Source: a virus. Taken from it: a stretch of 64,000 nt of DNA. The DNA is taken from positions 32,001 through 96,000 of the IMG/VR virus record IMGVR_UViG_3300042261_000588. One strand, 5' to 3'. Every line of letters begins with the position of its first letter. Position 1 is the stretch's first letter. Shown one piece after another: positions 19,214-29,959 of the stretch. The translations under genes and the position numbers were made by a program. The notes below the pieces were generated by a model. That model searched no databases. It worked only from the letters and a program-made list of their open reading frames with translations, and was not told the DNA's origin.

Positions 19214-20353
19214 ATGGCTAAAAGAGAAGTGAAAGAATTTGTAGATGAGCGGTCTGAAAGGATTGGCAAAATCTGCAAGATAATCAATGCTGGTACGTTC
19301 GGCGGAGAGAACAAAGATGCCGTAACATGGCTTGGTTCTCGCGAAGCAGTGTCAATTGAACGTTTCCCATCTGGTGATCCCAGTTTGGATGAGGCTCTTG
19401 GTGGTGGTTGGCCTAAAGGCCGATTCATAGAAATATACGGCTCCGAGTCCGGTGGTAAAACGACATTGGCTCTACACGCTATAGTCGAGCATCAGAAGAA
19501 GTATCCCGATGAGGATTGTGCTCTGATCGATACTGAGTATACATTTGACGAGCTATATGCTTCGGCAGTTGGCGTCAATACGAAGTATCTGATTGTGCAT
19601 CAACCCGATTCTGGCGAACAGGCATTGAACATCCTCAAGTTGTTGATGCAGAATGGAGTGAAGTGTATTGTCGTTGACTCTGTGGCTGCTCTGACAACGA
19701 AGGCGGAACTTGAAGGTGACATTGGCGATATGCATGTTGGTCAGCAAGCTCGTTTGATGAGTGGTGCCCTGCGTCAGTTGGGTGCTGTGGCTGGAAATAC
19801 GAATTCCACGGTGTTCTGGACAAACCAGATGCGAGACAAGATCGGCGTGACGTGGGGTGAGAAGACCACAACGCCTGCTGGTCGAGCTCTTCGCTTCTAT
19901 GCCTCGATTCGTGCCCATATCTGTGCCATTGGAAAGATCAAGGAGAAGATTAACGGCGAGGATGTGGTCGTTTCATCGAGAAATAAAGTGGATGTGAAGA
20001 AAAACAAGACAGCGCCGCCTTTCAGGGTCGCTGAGTTCTGTATCTCGTTCGGACATGGTATCGATAAGGTCGCCGGGATACTGGATATGGCAATGGCTAT
20101 GAAGGTCGTTACCAAGAAGGGTTCGTGGTTCAGTTGTGGAACAGAACAGCTTGCTCAGGGTCGTATTCAAGTGCTAGACTTGATGCGCAAGAATGATGTT
20201 CTCACTCAGGGAATCCTCGAAAAGATTGAAGCGGCTAAGGCGGCTGGCGTCGTTCCAGAAGAAGAGCCTGATGTCGAGAAGGCAGTGAATAAGGGAGAAG
20301 ACCCTGACGCTATCGACGGAGCTGAGGAAGGGGCGGAAGTTCAAGATGTCTAG
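19214..20353 (+). CDS. recA: RecA recombinase
   Basis: GSESGGKTT, DSVAAL, QARLMS, NQMRDKIGV, GRALRFYAS, KNKTAPPF. Confidence 0.97.
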   Translation: MAKREVKEFVDERSERIGKICKIINAGTFGGENKDAVTWLGSREAVSIERFPSGDPSLDEALGGGWPKGRFIEIYGSESGGKTTLALHAIVEHQKKYPDEDCALIDTEYTFDELYASAVGVNTKYLIVHQPDSGEQALNILKLLMQNGVKCIVVDSVAALTTKAELEGDIGDMHVGQQARLMSGALRQLGAVAGNTNSTVFWTNQMRDKIGVTWGEKTTTPAGRALRFYASIRAHICAIGKIKEKINGEDVVVSSRNKVDVKKNKTAPPFRVAEFCISFGHGIDKVAGILDMAMAMKVVTKKGSWFSCGTEQLAQGRIQVLDLMRKNDVLTQGILEKIEAAKAAGVVPEEEPDVEKAVNKGEDPDAIDGAEEGAEVQDV

Positions 20354-20404
20354 CTCTAGGATTCAATTGTTTAGCGTATAAAACATTGGAATGTAAGGAG
20401 AGAG

Positions 20405-21322
20405 ATGAGCAATCCCAAGCTGCTACTGATTGATGGCAATAACATGAGTCATCGTGTCTTCTGGACGCATCAGGAGCTTCAATATAAGGGTAGGTATACG
20501 GGAGTCTTGTTCGGGTTCTTCAAGCAATTGATTTACCTTCGCAAGAAGTTCCCGGATCACTACATGATTATTGCTTGGGATCGTGGATATGCTCGTCGTA
20601 AAGCCGAGTCACAAGCCGGTGTTGCGGCGGGCATTATCCCTTCTGCTTACAAGGAACAACGGGAGACGGCTAGAGCAGAGGCTGATCCTAAGAAGTTAGA
20701 AGAACTAGAGTCTTTGAAGACTCAGATGGATCAACTTCGACATGAAGTACTTCCGTTGGTTCGATGCACTCAAGCGATTATAGATGGCACCGAGGCTGAT
20801 GACATTATCTATTCGTATTGTCAATATGCTCATAAGTGGGGTGGGCAAGCTATTGTTGTTTCTTCGGACAAGGACTTCTATCAGGTGCTGGGGATAGGAC
20901 CAGAAATCTCTATTTATGACGCCATGAAGGATGAGTCATGGACAGCGGAAAGAGTTCGGATGGAGTTTGCATTTGACCCTGGGCTATGGGTTGATTTTGG
21001 GGCATTGCAGGGCGACAAGGGAGACAATATTTGGGGAGTCGACGGATGGGGTCCAAAAACTGCCGGAGACTATGTTCGTCAATATGGGAACATTGAGTCT
21101 ATATTAGCCGGAGTTCGTGAGAAGCCCAAAAAGTCAAAGAAGGAGCAGCAACTTCTGGATAGTATTCCAAGGATCAATCTAGCATTTTCTCTAAAAAAGA
21201 TGGATGGGGTTCCTCACGTTCCTATGCCTCGTTGTGGCAATAAAGACTCGAAGACACTTCTTGATAAATTCTTGGAACTTGGATTTATAAGTTTGGTAAA
21301 GGAAGTCAAGCTGCTGACATGA
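20405..21322 (+). CDS. 5'-3' exonuclease (FEN / PolI N-terminal / T4 RNase H-like)
   Basis: LLIDGNN, YK..R, EADD, SSDKD, GDKGDN..GV.G.GPKTA. Confidence 0.93.
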   Translation: MSNPKLLLIDGNNMSHRVFWTHQELQYKGRYTGVLFGFFKQLIYLRKKFPDHYMIIAWDRGYARRKAESQAGVAAGIIPSAYKEQRETARAEADPKKLEELESLKTQMDQLRHEVLPLVRCTQAIIDGTEADDIIYSYCQYAHKWGGQAIVVSSDKDFYQVLGIGPEISIYDAMKDESWTAERVRMEFAFDPGLWVDFGALQGDKGDNIWGVDGWGPKTAGDYVRQYGNIESILAGVREKPKKSKKEQQLLDSIPRINLAFSLKKMDGVPHVPMPRCGNKDSKTLLDKFLELGFISLVKEVKLLT

Positions 21323-21930
21323 GTACGGGGAAATACATAGCCCTTCGTACAAAGGCAATGGTCTTGAAGGACGTTGGTGGATATGAAATTGCCAAGGCAG
21401 AGTTAAACCCGGTATTTTTTGAGGAGTTTGTAGGTAATGTTCTTGAAAATGACTATCTTCCTACTGTAATATGGGAACCGTTTGCAGGACATACTGGTAA
21501 AAGTCGAACACAGGATTTTGCACAGGGGATATCTTTAAAGTTGGTATCTTTCGATATTGAACCTTCAGACGATAGAGTTGTGATGGCGGACTCTACTGTG
21601 ACAGGACCTGGGGAAATGGTTGGAGGGGTGTTCTTTCATCCTCCGTATTTTGGGACTATGCCATTATCTCATGATGGTCGGGACATATCTCTGATCGGTA
21701 AATGGGATGAGTATGTTGTAGCATTGTCGAAGACGGTTAGGATAGCGAGTTTGGTGACGGCGGAAGGCGGGCTTGTGTGTGCGGTTGGGCGCGATTATCG
21801 GCATGGAGGCAAGCGCATACGACTCGACTATGAATATTTGAAGATGTTCGAGAAAGAGTATTTCGAGGTAGAATCAGTTATGGAGAGTGAGCCGGATGTG
21901 GCTATTGTGTTTAGGAAAGTAGGTTGTTAA
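21319..21930 (+). CDS. Amino-methyltransferase-like protein
   Basis: SAM-binding WEPFAG and motif IV-like HPPY. Confidence 0.6.
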   Translation: MSTGKYIALRTKAMVLKDVGGYEIAKAELNPVFFEEFVGNVLENDYLPTVIWEPFAGHTGKSRTQDFAQGISLKLVSFDIEPSDDRVVMADSTVTGPGEMVGGVFFHPPYFGTMPLSHDGRDISLIGKWDEYVVALSKTVRIASLVTAEGGLVCAVGRDYRHGGKRIRLDYEYLKMFEKEYFEVESVMESEPDVAIVFRKVGC

Positions 21931-22502
21931 TGAGTATGCGATTGGGAATTTGTGGCAGTGCAGGAACAATGAAAAGCACCTTGGCAGAAGGAGTGGCTAC
22001 CGCCTTGGGTATTCCAAACCTAAAGTCTCGGGAGATTACCGAGGACATTCTTCGTAGGGATGGATATAATTATGGTTCAGGGATTCAGATTGAGAGGTTC
22101 TTGGCTAACACCGGGCGACAGAATGAGATTCTGAGGCGAACAATAGAACAGCAATCCGTTCCAGATTTCGTGACGGATCGGACGGTGATTGATCTGACTG
22201 CCTATGCTGTGTGTGAGATGCATCATTCGGATGCTTCGGCACTAAGAAGGATCGTTGATACATGTCGGAAGAATGTTTCGGTATACACCCATCTTTTCTT
22301 CTGTCCGTGGGTGGATGCTTCGGTTTCTGCCACAGGGAAAAGAACACTGAATCCTTGGTATCAATACCTTATCCATCTGACTGAGCGTGGGATTTTGGAT
22401 GAATGGGGATGTAAGTATCATATTCTCGTTGCCGAAGGTCGGGAGAAGAGGCTAGAGGAGATCATATCATTCTTTAAGACTGATGTGCCTAAAGAACCAT
22501 AA
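21930..22502 (+). CDS. P-loop nucleotide kinase (AAA_28/NadR-like)
   Basis: GSAGTMKSTL, TDRT..D..AY. Confidence 0.7.
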   Translation: MSMRLGICGSAGTMKSTLAEGVATALGIPNLKSREITEDILRRDGYNYGSGIQIERFLANTGRQNEILRRTIEQQSVPDFVTDRTVIDLTAYAVCEMHHSDASALRRIVDTCRKNVSVYTHLFFCPWVDASVSATGKRTLNPWYQYLIHLTERGILDEWGCKYHILVAEGREKRLEEIISFFKTDVPKEP

Positions 22503-22540
22503 TTCTTTAATAAGTGATCCTATTGTAGGAGGAGAAACTT

Positions 22541-22804
22541 ATGAGCTATAGGAAGAATGTGACTGACAAGCAACAGGGTGATGTCGAGGCAGCTACCGCC
22601 GATTCGGCAAATCGTTTTGCTTGGTTTGATGGAAAGGCGATTCAGACTGGGGCGACAAAATCCATTCCAGCACTAGACCTTCAGGGACAAGGAAATACGG
22701 GCGGGATTTCGACAAGCTCGAAGAGAGCAATTCCCGGAAGTGGTGCTGTAATCGGTTCTCATAATGATAATCCATCTCGGTTTGATAGCCCCGGGAAAGT
22801 GTAA
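22541..22804 (+). CDS. Small hypothetical protein
   Basis: Strong RBS AGGAGGAG; fills the gap. Confidence 0.6.
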   Translation: MSYRKNVTDKQQGDVEAATADSANRFAWFDGKAIQTGATKSIPALDLQGQGNTGGISTSSKRAIPGSGAVIGSHNDNPSRFDSPGKV

Positions 22805-22845
22805 AAATTTTTTCACAATTTGTCATGCCGTGAGTATAATAAGGC

Positions 22846-23769
22846 ATGACAAAGTTTTTATTTTTTACCGATTTGCATACGGCTGGTGAAAACCCACGCC
22901 ATCGAATAGATAACTTCCCGAAAACCATCGTAGAAAAGTTACGGGAAGTATATTCCATCGCCAAGAAGGAAAACTGCGATTTCGTAGCCTTCGGGGGTGA
23001 TTGGAACAACTACTATCGCCTCTTCAATTACGATGTTCTATCGGATCAGATGGACATCGTCTGTGGTGCAGGTTTGCAGACATATTTAGTCGTAGGAGAA
23101 CATGACATCTATGGACACAATATGGACACATACAAGTCGTCCACATTGGCATTTTTTATTCGTAGATGCGGAAGGATGACGGTGTTATGGGAGCCGACAG
23201 AGGTTGCTGGTGTGGTGCTGCATGGAAAGCATGAGCCAGATAAGATGCCTGAAATGTTGGCTAGACCTAAAGACATTTCAAAGACAAACATCATGGTTTG
23301 TCACGAGCTGATAACATGCAATGATGCTCCATTTGAAATGATAAAGACGGATACTCTTAGGAATACTGGATTCGATCTGATAGTGTCAGGGGACTTGCAT
23401 GATGGGTATCCGACTCATCAGGTTGACGGGACGTGGTTTTGCAATCCTGGAAGCCTGGTTCGTCGTGCCACATCAGATGCTTGGAGACATCCGCAAGTTG
23501 CCATCGTGACAATCGAGAAGGGTAAAGACCCCAATATCGAGCTTCGGAGATTGTCGTGTGCGAAGGATGGTTCCGAAGTATTTGGAGAGAGTATCGCCGA
23601 AGTAGCCAAGTCTGGAGATATTGACGCTTCCGTGTTTGCCAAAGAACTTCTTCAGTTTGAGGCAGAGTCAACGGACGTATATGAACTTGTGCAAAAGGTT
23701 GGACGCAAGGCAGGACTTCGAGAGGAAGTCTTGAAGTATCTAGCATCAAAACAGATTCCTTTCGACTAA
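22846..23769 (+). CDS. SbcD/Mre11-like metallophosphoesterase nuclease
   Basis: TDLH, GGD, GEHD, CHE, GDLH, NPGS. Confidence 0.85.
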   Translation: MTKFLFFTDLHTAGENPRHRIDNFPKTIVEKLREVYSIAKKENCDFVAFGGDWNNYYRLFNYDVLSDQMDIVCGAGLQTYLVVGEHDIYGHNMDTYKSSTLAFFIRRCGRMTVLWEPTEVAGVVLHGKHEPDKMPEMLARPKDISKTNIMVCHELITCNDAPFEMIKTDTLRNTGFDLIVSGDLHDGYPTHQVDGTWFCNPGSLVRRATSDAWRHPQVAIVTIEKGKDPNIELRRLSCAKDGSEVFGESIAEVAKSGDIDASVFAKELLQFEAESTDVYELVQKVGRKAGLREEVLKYLASKQIPFD

Positions 23770-23784
23770 TGGAGGCCGGGGACT

Positions 23785-24936
23785 ATGAATGACAAAAGAG
23801 AGAGAAGTGTTATTAGCCCAAGGTCGACGCATGAAGATGAATTCCGTGGTTTTGGCGATGACCTGCTTCATAAAGAAGAGTCGGAACAGGATGATGCAAT
23901 CAAAGTCACCGAGAAGGGTCAACGAGTTAAAAAGACATTGAGACAGAAAGCTCTCAGGGTCATGCTTAAGCGTGCAGGGATTAAGAATATTCCGACTATT
24001 GAGCAGATTTTTGAAGGTAAGACTGGACCTAAAATCTCAATCACTGAGATCGGATTCATTTCCCATGATAAACAGTCCGATCCTCTTCTTGCCGAACTGA
24101 GTCAGGAGTTCAATGAAAGGAATAGGCTAAATCGGGACGAGATTCTCAAGAGTCGGATATTGGCTGTTGGATCGGAGATATTCAAGGCTGGAAGGATGTT
24201 GACTCCTATTCATGTTTTCCATGATGCCAGCACTGGTGGTATCGAATGTATCAGTGGGCGTCATCGTTTGGCATTTATTGCCATAGTTTATGGTTCTGGC
24301 GTCAAGGTTCCGGTATATATTGAGAATTTGACTCTGATGGCTGCTAGGGAGGCCGTGGCGGTAGCCAATGACTCTAGACCGATCAAAGCCTTGGAGAGGG
24401 CGTCCTATGCCATCCTTAGGGCTGCTGGCGGGGATACTGAGTCTAATAGAGATAGGATATACGAAAAGATGTCCTCTCATAAACCCGACATAGGCAAGTA
24501 TTGTGTTCATGCCGTCATTGACAAGGGACATCCGGCAAAACTGACTTTCAAGCTATCTGAGCTGTCTTCTCGTCGAGACGGAGGGATAACGACAGTCAGT
24601 AACATCGAGGAATTCTGGTGCGAGGCTCTACTGAGAAAGAAGGGTATGACACGCAAAGAGTTCGAGGTTGGACTATTGCAATCGGTGAAGTTTCTAAATG
24701 CCTTCGTGGAGGCAATTCAGAAATTGCCAGGATTCGATTCAGATCAGCATTTGACTGCGAACATGATGTCCGCCATTGGGCGTTACTATAATGATCGTGC
24801 CGGTATGATGGCAGATGTCGAGCCATTAGCTTCCAGAGTTGTGAAAATTGGACAGACGACAAGAAAATCTTTCCCAGAGTTATATGAGGCAGTAGTTGGG
24901 AAAGAAAATATTTTCCAGAGTGATACGAGACGGTAG
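23785..24936 (+). CDS. ParB/Srx-fold domain protein
   Basis: LTPIHV...IECISGRHRL. Confidence 0.55.
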   Translation: MNDKRERSVISPRSTHEDEFRGFGDDLLHKEESEQDDAIKVTEKGQRVKKTLRQKALRVMLKRAGIKNIPTIEQIFEGKTGPKISITEIGFISHDKQSDPLLAELSQEFNERNRLNRDEILKSRILAVGSEIFKAGRMLTPIHVFHDASTGGIECISGRHRLAFIAIVYGSGVKVPVYIENLTLMAAREAVAVANDSRPIKALERASYAILRAAGGDTESNRDRIYEKMSSHKPDIGKYCVHAVIDKGHPAKLTFKLSELSSRRDGGITTVSNIEEFWCEALLRKKGMTRKEFEVGLLQSVKFLNAFVEAIQKLPGFDSDQHLTANMMSAIGRYYNDRAGMMADVEPLASRVVKIGQTTRKSFPELYEAVVGKENIFQSDTRR

Positions 24937-24948
24937 GATGGATCACTC

Positions 24949-25953
24949 ATGAAGAGATTTGGATACGATAAGGATACGGGATCGCTATTCTCTTGGGATC
25001 AAGATTTTCTGTTCGAGGGGAGTGGGAAGGTCGTACCAGAGGGAGCCTTTGTATCTGAAGATCGAATAAGGGATGAGATGACTGGATGCGCATTCATGTC
25101 CGGATGGACTGGCAAATGTATTGTCATCTCTTCGGATGGAGAGACTGATCATGCCAGTCTACTTGGATTTGTTTTTAAGGAAGGGTATCTTTTCAAAGGA
25201 TTGGATGTAGATCAGGAAGAATTGAAGAAGATGTCCGTTGGAATTCCTATTTGTGTTTGTGGCAGTGTAGTTCTTTCTGCCGAAAAGATAGCTAGTTTGT
25301 GTGCCTTGTATCCCAATTCGAGGATGTATGTTTGTCCTTTGGTGTATGGGTTGTCAGCATTAGGCGTCTTGGTTCGTAACGCCGATAAGACATTTTCGCC
25401 ACGGAGGATGCAAATTACTTGCGAAAACAAGGAGCCAATTGATGCCGAATTCAAGGAGTTCGACACAAAGTTGGATGGTGATGGTTTGGGCAGGATGGCT
25501 GACTTGGTGACTCATGGATTGTTGGTCGTGAATGAGATGAAGACTGTGCAGGGAGTTTCACCTTTCTTTGGGAAGACGTTGCACAGGGATTGGATGCCAG
25601 GAAGTCAGGTCATCGTTCGTCGGGCGGAGATAGACTCTCTCTTTCCGCAGGTTCCGATTTCTGCAAAAGACTATGCGGCAACATCTGTTTTTGTGAAAAT
25701 GAAGACAACGGATCAATTTAGGGATGCGGCAGGGTATAATGAACCGTTCGTGGATGTAGTGGTTTCGACAGACTATCTTCCTGAATTAAGTACATTCATG
25801 CGGTTTTACAAGACATTCTCAGGGAGAGGGTTTGTTTTCGTTTCAGAGCAGAATCTGGTTCGACACAAAGAGATCGTTCCGGTGTTTAGAGCCAACAAGG
25901 CTTACCGGGTTCTAAGGGGAAAGTATGAAAACTGTAAGGCTTTCGGGAAATGA
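24949..25953 (+). CDS. Hypothetical protein
   Basis: 334 aa ORF in operon; no motif recognised. Confidence 0.6.
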   Translation: MKRFGYDKDTGSLFSWDQDFLFEGSGKVVPEGAFVSEDRIRDEMTGCAFMSGWTGKCIVISSDGETDHASLLGFVFKEGYLFKGLDVDQEELKKMSVGIPICVCGSVVLSAEKIASLCALYPNSRMYVCPLVYGLSALGVLVRNADKTFSPRRMQITCENKEPIDAEFKEFDTKLDGDGLGRMADLVTHGLLVVNEMKTVQGVSPFFGKTLHRDWMPGSQVIVRRAEIDSLFPQVPISAKDYAATSVFVKMKTTDQFRDAAGYNEPFVDVVVSTDYLPELSTFMRFYKTFSGRGFVFVSEQNLVRHKEIVPVFRANKAYRVLRGKYENCKAFGK

Positions 25954-25995
25954 GGAGATTGTTATGCACAATAAGGCGATATGGAAAGAGGAGCA

Positions 25996-28900
25996 ATGAG
26001 CAATCTTTCTGACTTCTATGTTGAAAATAAGACTCCTAATTCGGACAAGATTCAACTTGAGAAGAACATCCTCTTCGTAGTTCCTGAGAAAGGACACGAC
26101 ATATCGGGAGTTCTTGCTGAGTTTGGATTGTCTCGTTTCGAGATTGCACTGACATGGCCGAAATCTTCAGTATCGATACTCGATGAGATTGAGGCTGTTG
26201 GGGCAAAAGTGGTTTTACAGTTGGACTGTCAGTTGTCCATGAAGTATCCCGTTATCAACAGTCAGAAGCTTGAAACACTCGAACCGTTCAAGGCTCGTGT
26301 ATCCAAGGAGATTGCCGATCAGTTCGTTGGACTTCATCATCACGACGAGTTCAGTATCAAGGATGGACTCGGTACTGTTTCAAGTCTTGTTAAGTTATTG
26401 AAAGCTCAGAGACGTTCATTCTGTTGTATCACCAATCATGGTAGTGTTGGCGGATGGATCAAGCAATATAATGCTTGCAAGAAAGCCGGAATCAAGGCCA
26501 TTTTCGCCATGGAGGCATATACCTCAAACTATCGTGGAGCCGATCCAGAGATAAAGAAGGCTCATCGTTCGGCTAATCATCTTGTTCTCCTTGCCAATAC
26601 AGAAGAAGGGTTTTTCAACATCATTCGTATTCATAATGATGCTCAGCTCAATGGTTTCTACTACACTCCAAGGGTCAATCGGGAGGCTTTGGAGAAGTGG
26701 GGCAAGGGAATTATCGCCACATCAGCTTGCATGGCGGGAGAGCTGTCTAGGCTTCTCATGGATGGCAAAGAGGCAGAAGCCAAGGAGATGTGGGAGTTTC
26801 ATTCGAGGGTCTTCGACGCTTTCTATGTTGAGATTCAGATTATCGAAATGGAAGAACAGAGAGAGGCAAATCGTCGGTTGATTAAGTTTGCTCGGAATGT
26901 TGGAGCACCCATTGTAGTCACATTGGACTCTCACTATTTAGACCCGGAATATTCATCAACTCATGATGTTCTGATGTGTCTTCGTCAGAAGAAAACGCTC
27001 GTAGACAAGCGTGAGAAAGATGATGTCTGGAGTTTCGATGTCAAAAATCTTTTCTATCGAGATGCAGATTCCGTGAGAGACGTATTTGAGAATGGTTGGA
27101 CAGATGACAATGGAGAGTATCACTATCCTTTCAAGGATGGTGTATTTACAGAGGAAGTTTTTGCTGAGGCGATGGAGAATACATTGAAGATCGCTAGGGG
27201 AACAAAAGAGATTACATTGGACTCAAAGATCAAGCTCCCCCAGCTTTATGATAATGGAAAGGAAGTTCTTCGCAAGAAGGTCAATGCCGGTTTTACAGCT
27301 CGCGGGTATATGAAGAAACCAAACCGGGATGAATATGTAAGTAGGCTCAAGTACGAGTTTGACATCATTACAAAAACTGGATGGTGCGATTATTTTCTAA
27401 CGATGGAGAGGATTGTGGCAGATGCAAGAAAAGAATTCGGAGAATGGGCGTGGGGATATGGCAGGGGATCATCGGCATCTTCGTTGGTCGTAAATTGTCT
27501 CGGTATTACCGATATTGATCCAATAGAGTACGGCCTTATTTTTGAAAGATTCCTAGATTATTCCAGACCAGACCCTCCAGACATAGATGTGGATGCAGAT
27601 CCACGTATTCGCGATTGGATTAAAAGGCACATCGTGGAAGTTTTTGGAGAGAATAAAGTCTGCTCGATTGGCACTTATGCGACATACAAGACTCGTGCCG
27701 TCATCTTGGACGTTGCAAGGGCACTTGGAGAAAATCTAGCAGAAGTTAGTGCCGTGACTAAAAGAATTGAACCGCTGAGAGCATTTGAGGATGGGGCCGG
27801 AGAAGAGTTCAAAGTGGATCAGATGGACTTCGATGTCCTTTGCGAGCACTATCCAGAGTTGAAGGCTTACTTTGATCAGCACCCGGAAGTTAGAACACAT
27901 TCAGAGATACTTAGAAATCAAGTCAAGAATATGGGGACTCATGCTGGTGGTGTCATCGTGTCAGACCTTGACCTTAAGGATCGAATTCCCGTATGTCGAG
28001 ATAAGAGTGGTCAGATTGTTTCAACATGGGGGGAATCCGGCAATGTCCAGGAATTGAGTGCCGTTGGTCTTGTAAAACTAGATTTGCTCGGATTGAAGAC
28101 GTTGTCTGTCATTTCTGACTGCGTCAAGATGATTGAGAACACAACCGGGCAACATATAGCCAGGGCCGACATTCCCATTAGTGATCGCGAATCGATATTG
28201 AAGGGATCAAAAAAGGATTTGGTCGGTATATTTCAGTTTGAAAATCCTGTTACAAAACCGATTGCTGATGCGGTTGGTATGGAATCGTTGATGGACGTTG
28301 CCGTCGTAACATCTTTGATTCGCCCAGGGCCAATGGATGCAATGATCGATGGTGTCAGGATGCCGATGGAGTACGCACGTCGTAAGCACGGAGGAGAGTA
28401 TAAATCCCCGGAGTTTATTAAGACGGCACTGTCTAATACTCATTCACTATTGGTTTTCCAAGAAGACACGATGAATCTAGCTCGCGTGTTGGCCGGATAC
28501 TCGCCGTTAGAAGCAAATCGGCTTAGAAAATCAGTCGGAAAAAAGATTCGAGAATTGATGATTTCGATGCGTGATAGCTTTATTAACGGGGCAAAACCGA
28601 GAATAGATTCTGGAGAAATCACACTAGTAGAAGTCGAGGATATGTGGAGCCAGATTGAGAAGTTTTCTGGGTACGGGTTTGCAAAACCACACGCCGTTGC
28701 CTATGGAGCCATTACGACGGTTGAATTGTGGTTGAAGTACAACTTCCCCATTCAGTTCTGTACTGCTCTTCTCAACAATACGAAGCTAGGAAAGAAAAAG
28801 CACGGGTCAGATAATGTTCTCGTGGACTACATCAATTATGCTCGCAGGCGTGAAATTCCAGTTCTTGTTCCTGACATCAATATGAGTAGAGACGAATTCA

Positions 28901-29940
28901 GTATTGAAGGTGACTCGATTCGTTTTGCATTAGGACATGTAAAGGGTGTTGCCACGGCAGCAAAACTTATTGAAGCCTTTCAGCCTTTCACTGGTATGAA
29001 GGACTTCTATGACCGGGTTAAGGTAGTTGATGACGAAGATGATGATACGGTCACGGAAGTGGCCGATGGTGAGGCCGGAGTAAAAGAGGATACAGAGACA
29101 GAGCCGACTATTAAAACACCGAAGAAGGTCGCTGTTCGGCGTCCTAATCGTAGGGTGGTAGAGACTCTGATTGCGGCTGGCGCTTTTGATAGATTCGGCA
29201 CTCGAAACGAGATGTCGATGGAATACTGGCGTCTTTGCAGGAAGCCGACAAAGAAGGATCGTCTGGCTCTAAAGGTCTTGGAAGCAGAAGAGGCCGTTAA
29301 AGAGGCTGCGTTGGCCCTAGTGACGGCACAACAGAGTGGTGTCGAAAAGGACATCAAGAAGGCGACAAAGGCACTCTCCAAGGCAGAGGAGAGAGTGGTT
29401 AAGACTAAGCAAGCGATCATTGACGACGACAAGGTTGACAAGGTGATTGCCGATAGTCAAAAAGATGAAGGCGCAGCGGAAGAGGTAATTAAGAAGGCGA
29501 GTAAGGATTTGCCTCCAGAAGACAAGACTGTTGAGGAATGGCAAGAAGCAGAAGCCGAAGTTCTTGGTCTATGCCTGTCTCGTCCGATGCTTTACAAGGA
29601 GTATGAGGACCGGATTCAGAAAGAGGGCTGGCATCTGATTTCTGAAATAGACCCATCACAAAAGAGGGTGATGGTGTTTGGAGAGATCATGGAGGTAAGG
29701 CAGCAAATCTCAAAGGCTGGGAACTCCATGCACGTCGTTCAGTTGTCTGATGGTCTGGATACGATGAATTTCTTCGTCTTTCAGGGCGGATGGGATTTTT
29801 TCAAGGATAACTTCCGCACAGGGTATATTGGGGCAGTGCCACTGGCTAAATTTGACGATGATGGAAACTCTGACAATTCAAAGAAGCAAACTAGGTTCTT
29901 TGATGACCGTGGCAAGTGTATAATACTCAAGAAGGGTTAA
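25996..29940 (+). CDS. dnaE: DNA polymerase III alpha subunit (family C)
   Basis: PHP (H.H..FS..DG, TNHG, DSHY), GRGS, FERF, PDIDVD, HAGG, KLDLLGL, FQE, YGF.K.HA, PDIN.S, C-terminal OB fold. Confidence 0.97.
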   Translation: MSNLSDFYVENKTPNSDKIQLEKNILFVVPEKGHDISGVLAEFGLSRFEIALTWPKSSVSILDEIEAVGAKVVLQLDCQLSMKYPVINSQKLETLEPFKARVSKEIADQFVGLHHHDEFSIKDGLGTVSSLVKLLKAQRRSFCCITNHGSVGGWIKQYNACKKAGIKAIFAMEAYTSNYRGADPEIKKAHRSANHLVLLANTEEGFFNIIRIHNDAQLNGFYYTPRVNREALEKWGKGIIATSACMAGELSRLLMDGKEAEAKEMWEFHSRVFDAFYVEIQIIEMEEQREANRRLIKFARNVGAPIVVTLDSHYLDPEYSSTHDVLMCLRQKKTLVDKREKDDVWSFDVKNLFYRDADSVRDVFENGWTDDNGEYHYPFKDGVFTEEVFAEAMENTLKIARGTKEITLDSKIKLPQLYDNGKEVLRKKVNAGFTARGYMKKPNRDEYVSRLKYEFDIITKTGWCDYFLTMERIVADARKEFGEWAWGYGRGSSASSLVVNCLGITDIDPIEYGLIFERFLDYSRPDPPDIDVDADPRIRDWIKRHIVEVFGENKVCSIGTYATYKTRAVILDVARALGENLAEVSAVTKRIEPLRAFEDGAGEEFKVDQMDFDVLCEHYPELKAYFDQHPEVRTHSEILRNQVKNMGTHAGGVIVSDLDLKDRIPVCRDKSGQIVSTWGESGNVQELSAVGLVKLDLLGLKTLSVISDCVKMIENTTGQHIARADIPISDRESILKGSKKDLVGIFQFENPVTKPIADAVGMESLMDVAVVTSLIRPGPMDAMIDGVRMPMEYARRKHGGEYKSPEFIKTALSNTHSLLVFQEDTMNLARVLAGYSPLEANRLRKSVGKKIRELMISMRDSFINGAKPRIDSGEITLVEVEDMWSQIEKFSGYGFAKPHAVAYGAITTVELWLKYNFPIQFCTALLNNTKLGKKKHGSDNVLVDYINYARRREIPVLVPDINMSRDEFSIEGDSIRFALGHVKGVATAAKLIEAFQPFTGMKDFYDRVKVVDDEDDDTVTEVADGEAGVKEDTETEPTIKTPKKVAVRRPNRRVVETLIAAGAFDRFGTRNEMSMEYWRLCRKPTKKDRLALKVLEAEEAVKEAALALVTAQQSGVEKDIKKATKALSKAEERVVKTKQAIIDDDKVDKVIADSQKDEGAAEEVIKKASKDLPPEDKTVEEWQEAEAEVLGLCLSRPMLYKEYEDRIQKEGWHLISEIDPSQKRVMVFGEIMEVRQQISKAGNSMHVVQLSDGLDTMNFFVFQGGWDFFKDNFRTGYIGAVPLAKFDDDGNSDNSKKQTRFFDDRGKCIILKKG

Positions 29941-29959
29941 AACAAAAAAGGAGGAAGGC

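Noticed and set aside
18970-19221. 83-aa ORF listed in the track after the SSB
   Set aside because: Arg/Leu-rich off-frame reading crossing the hairpin; the frame ending at 19160 has the coherent motif
19214-29940. Inteins in RecA or DnaE
   Set aside because: Motifs are contiguous; the DnaE insertions are low-complexity and lack intein termini
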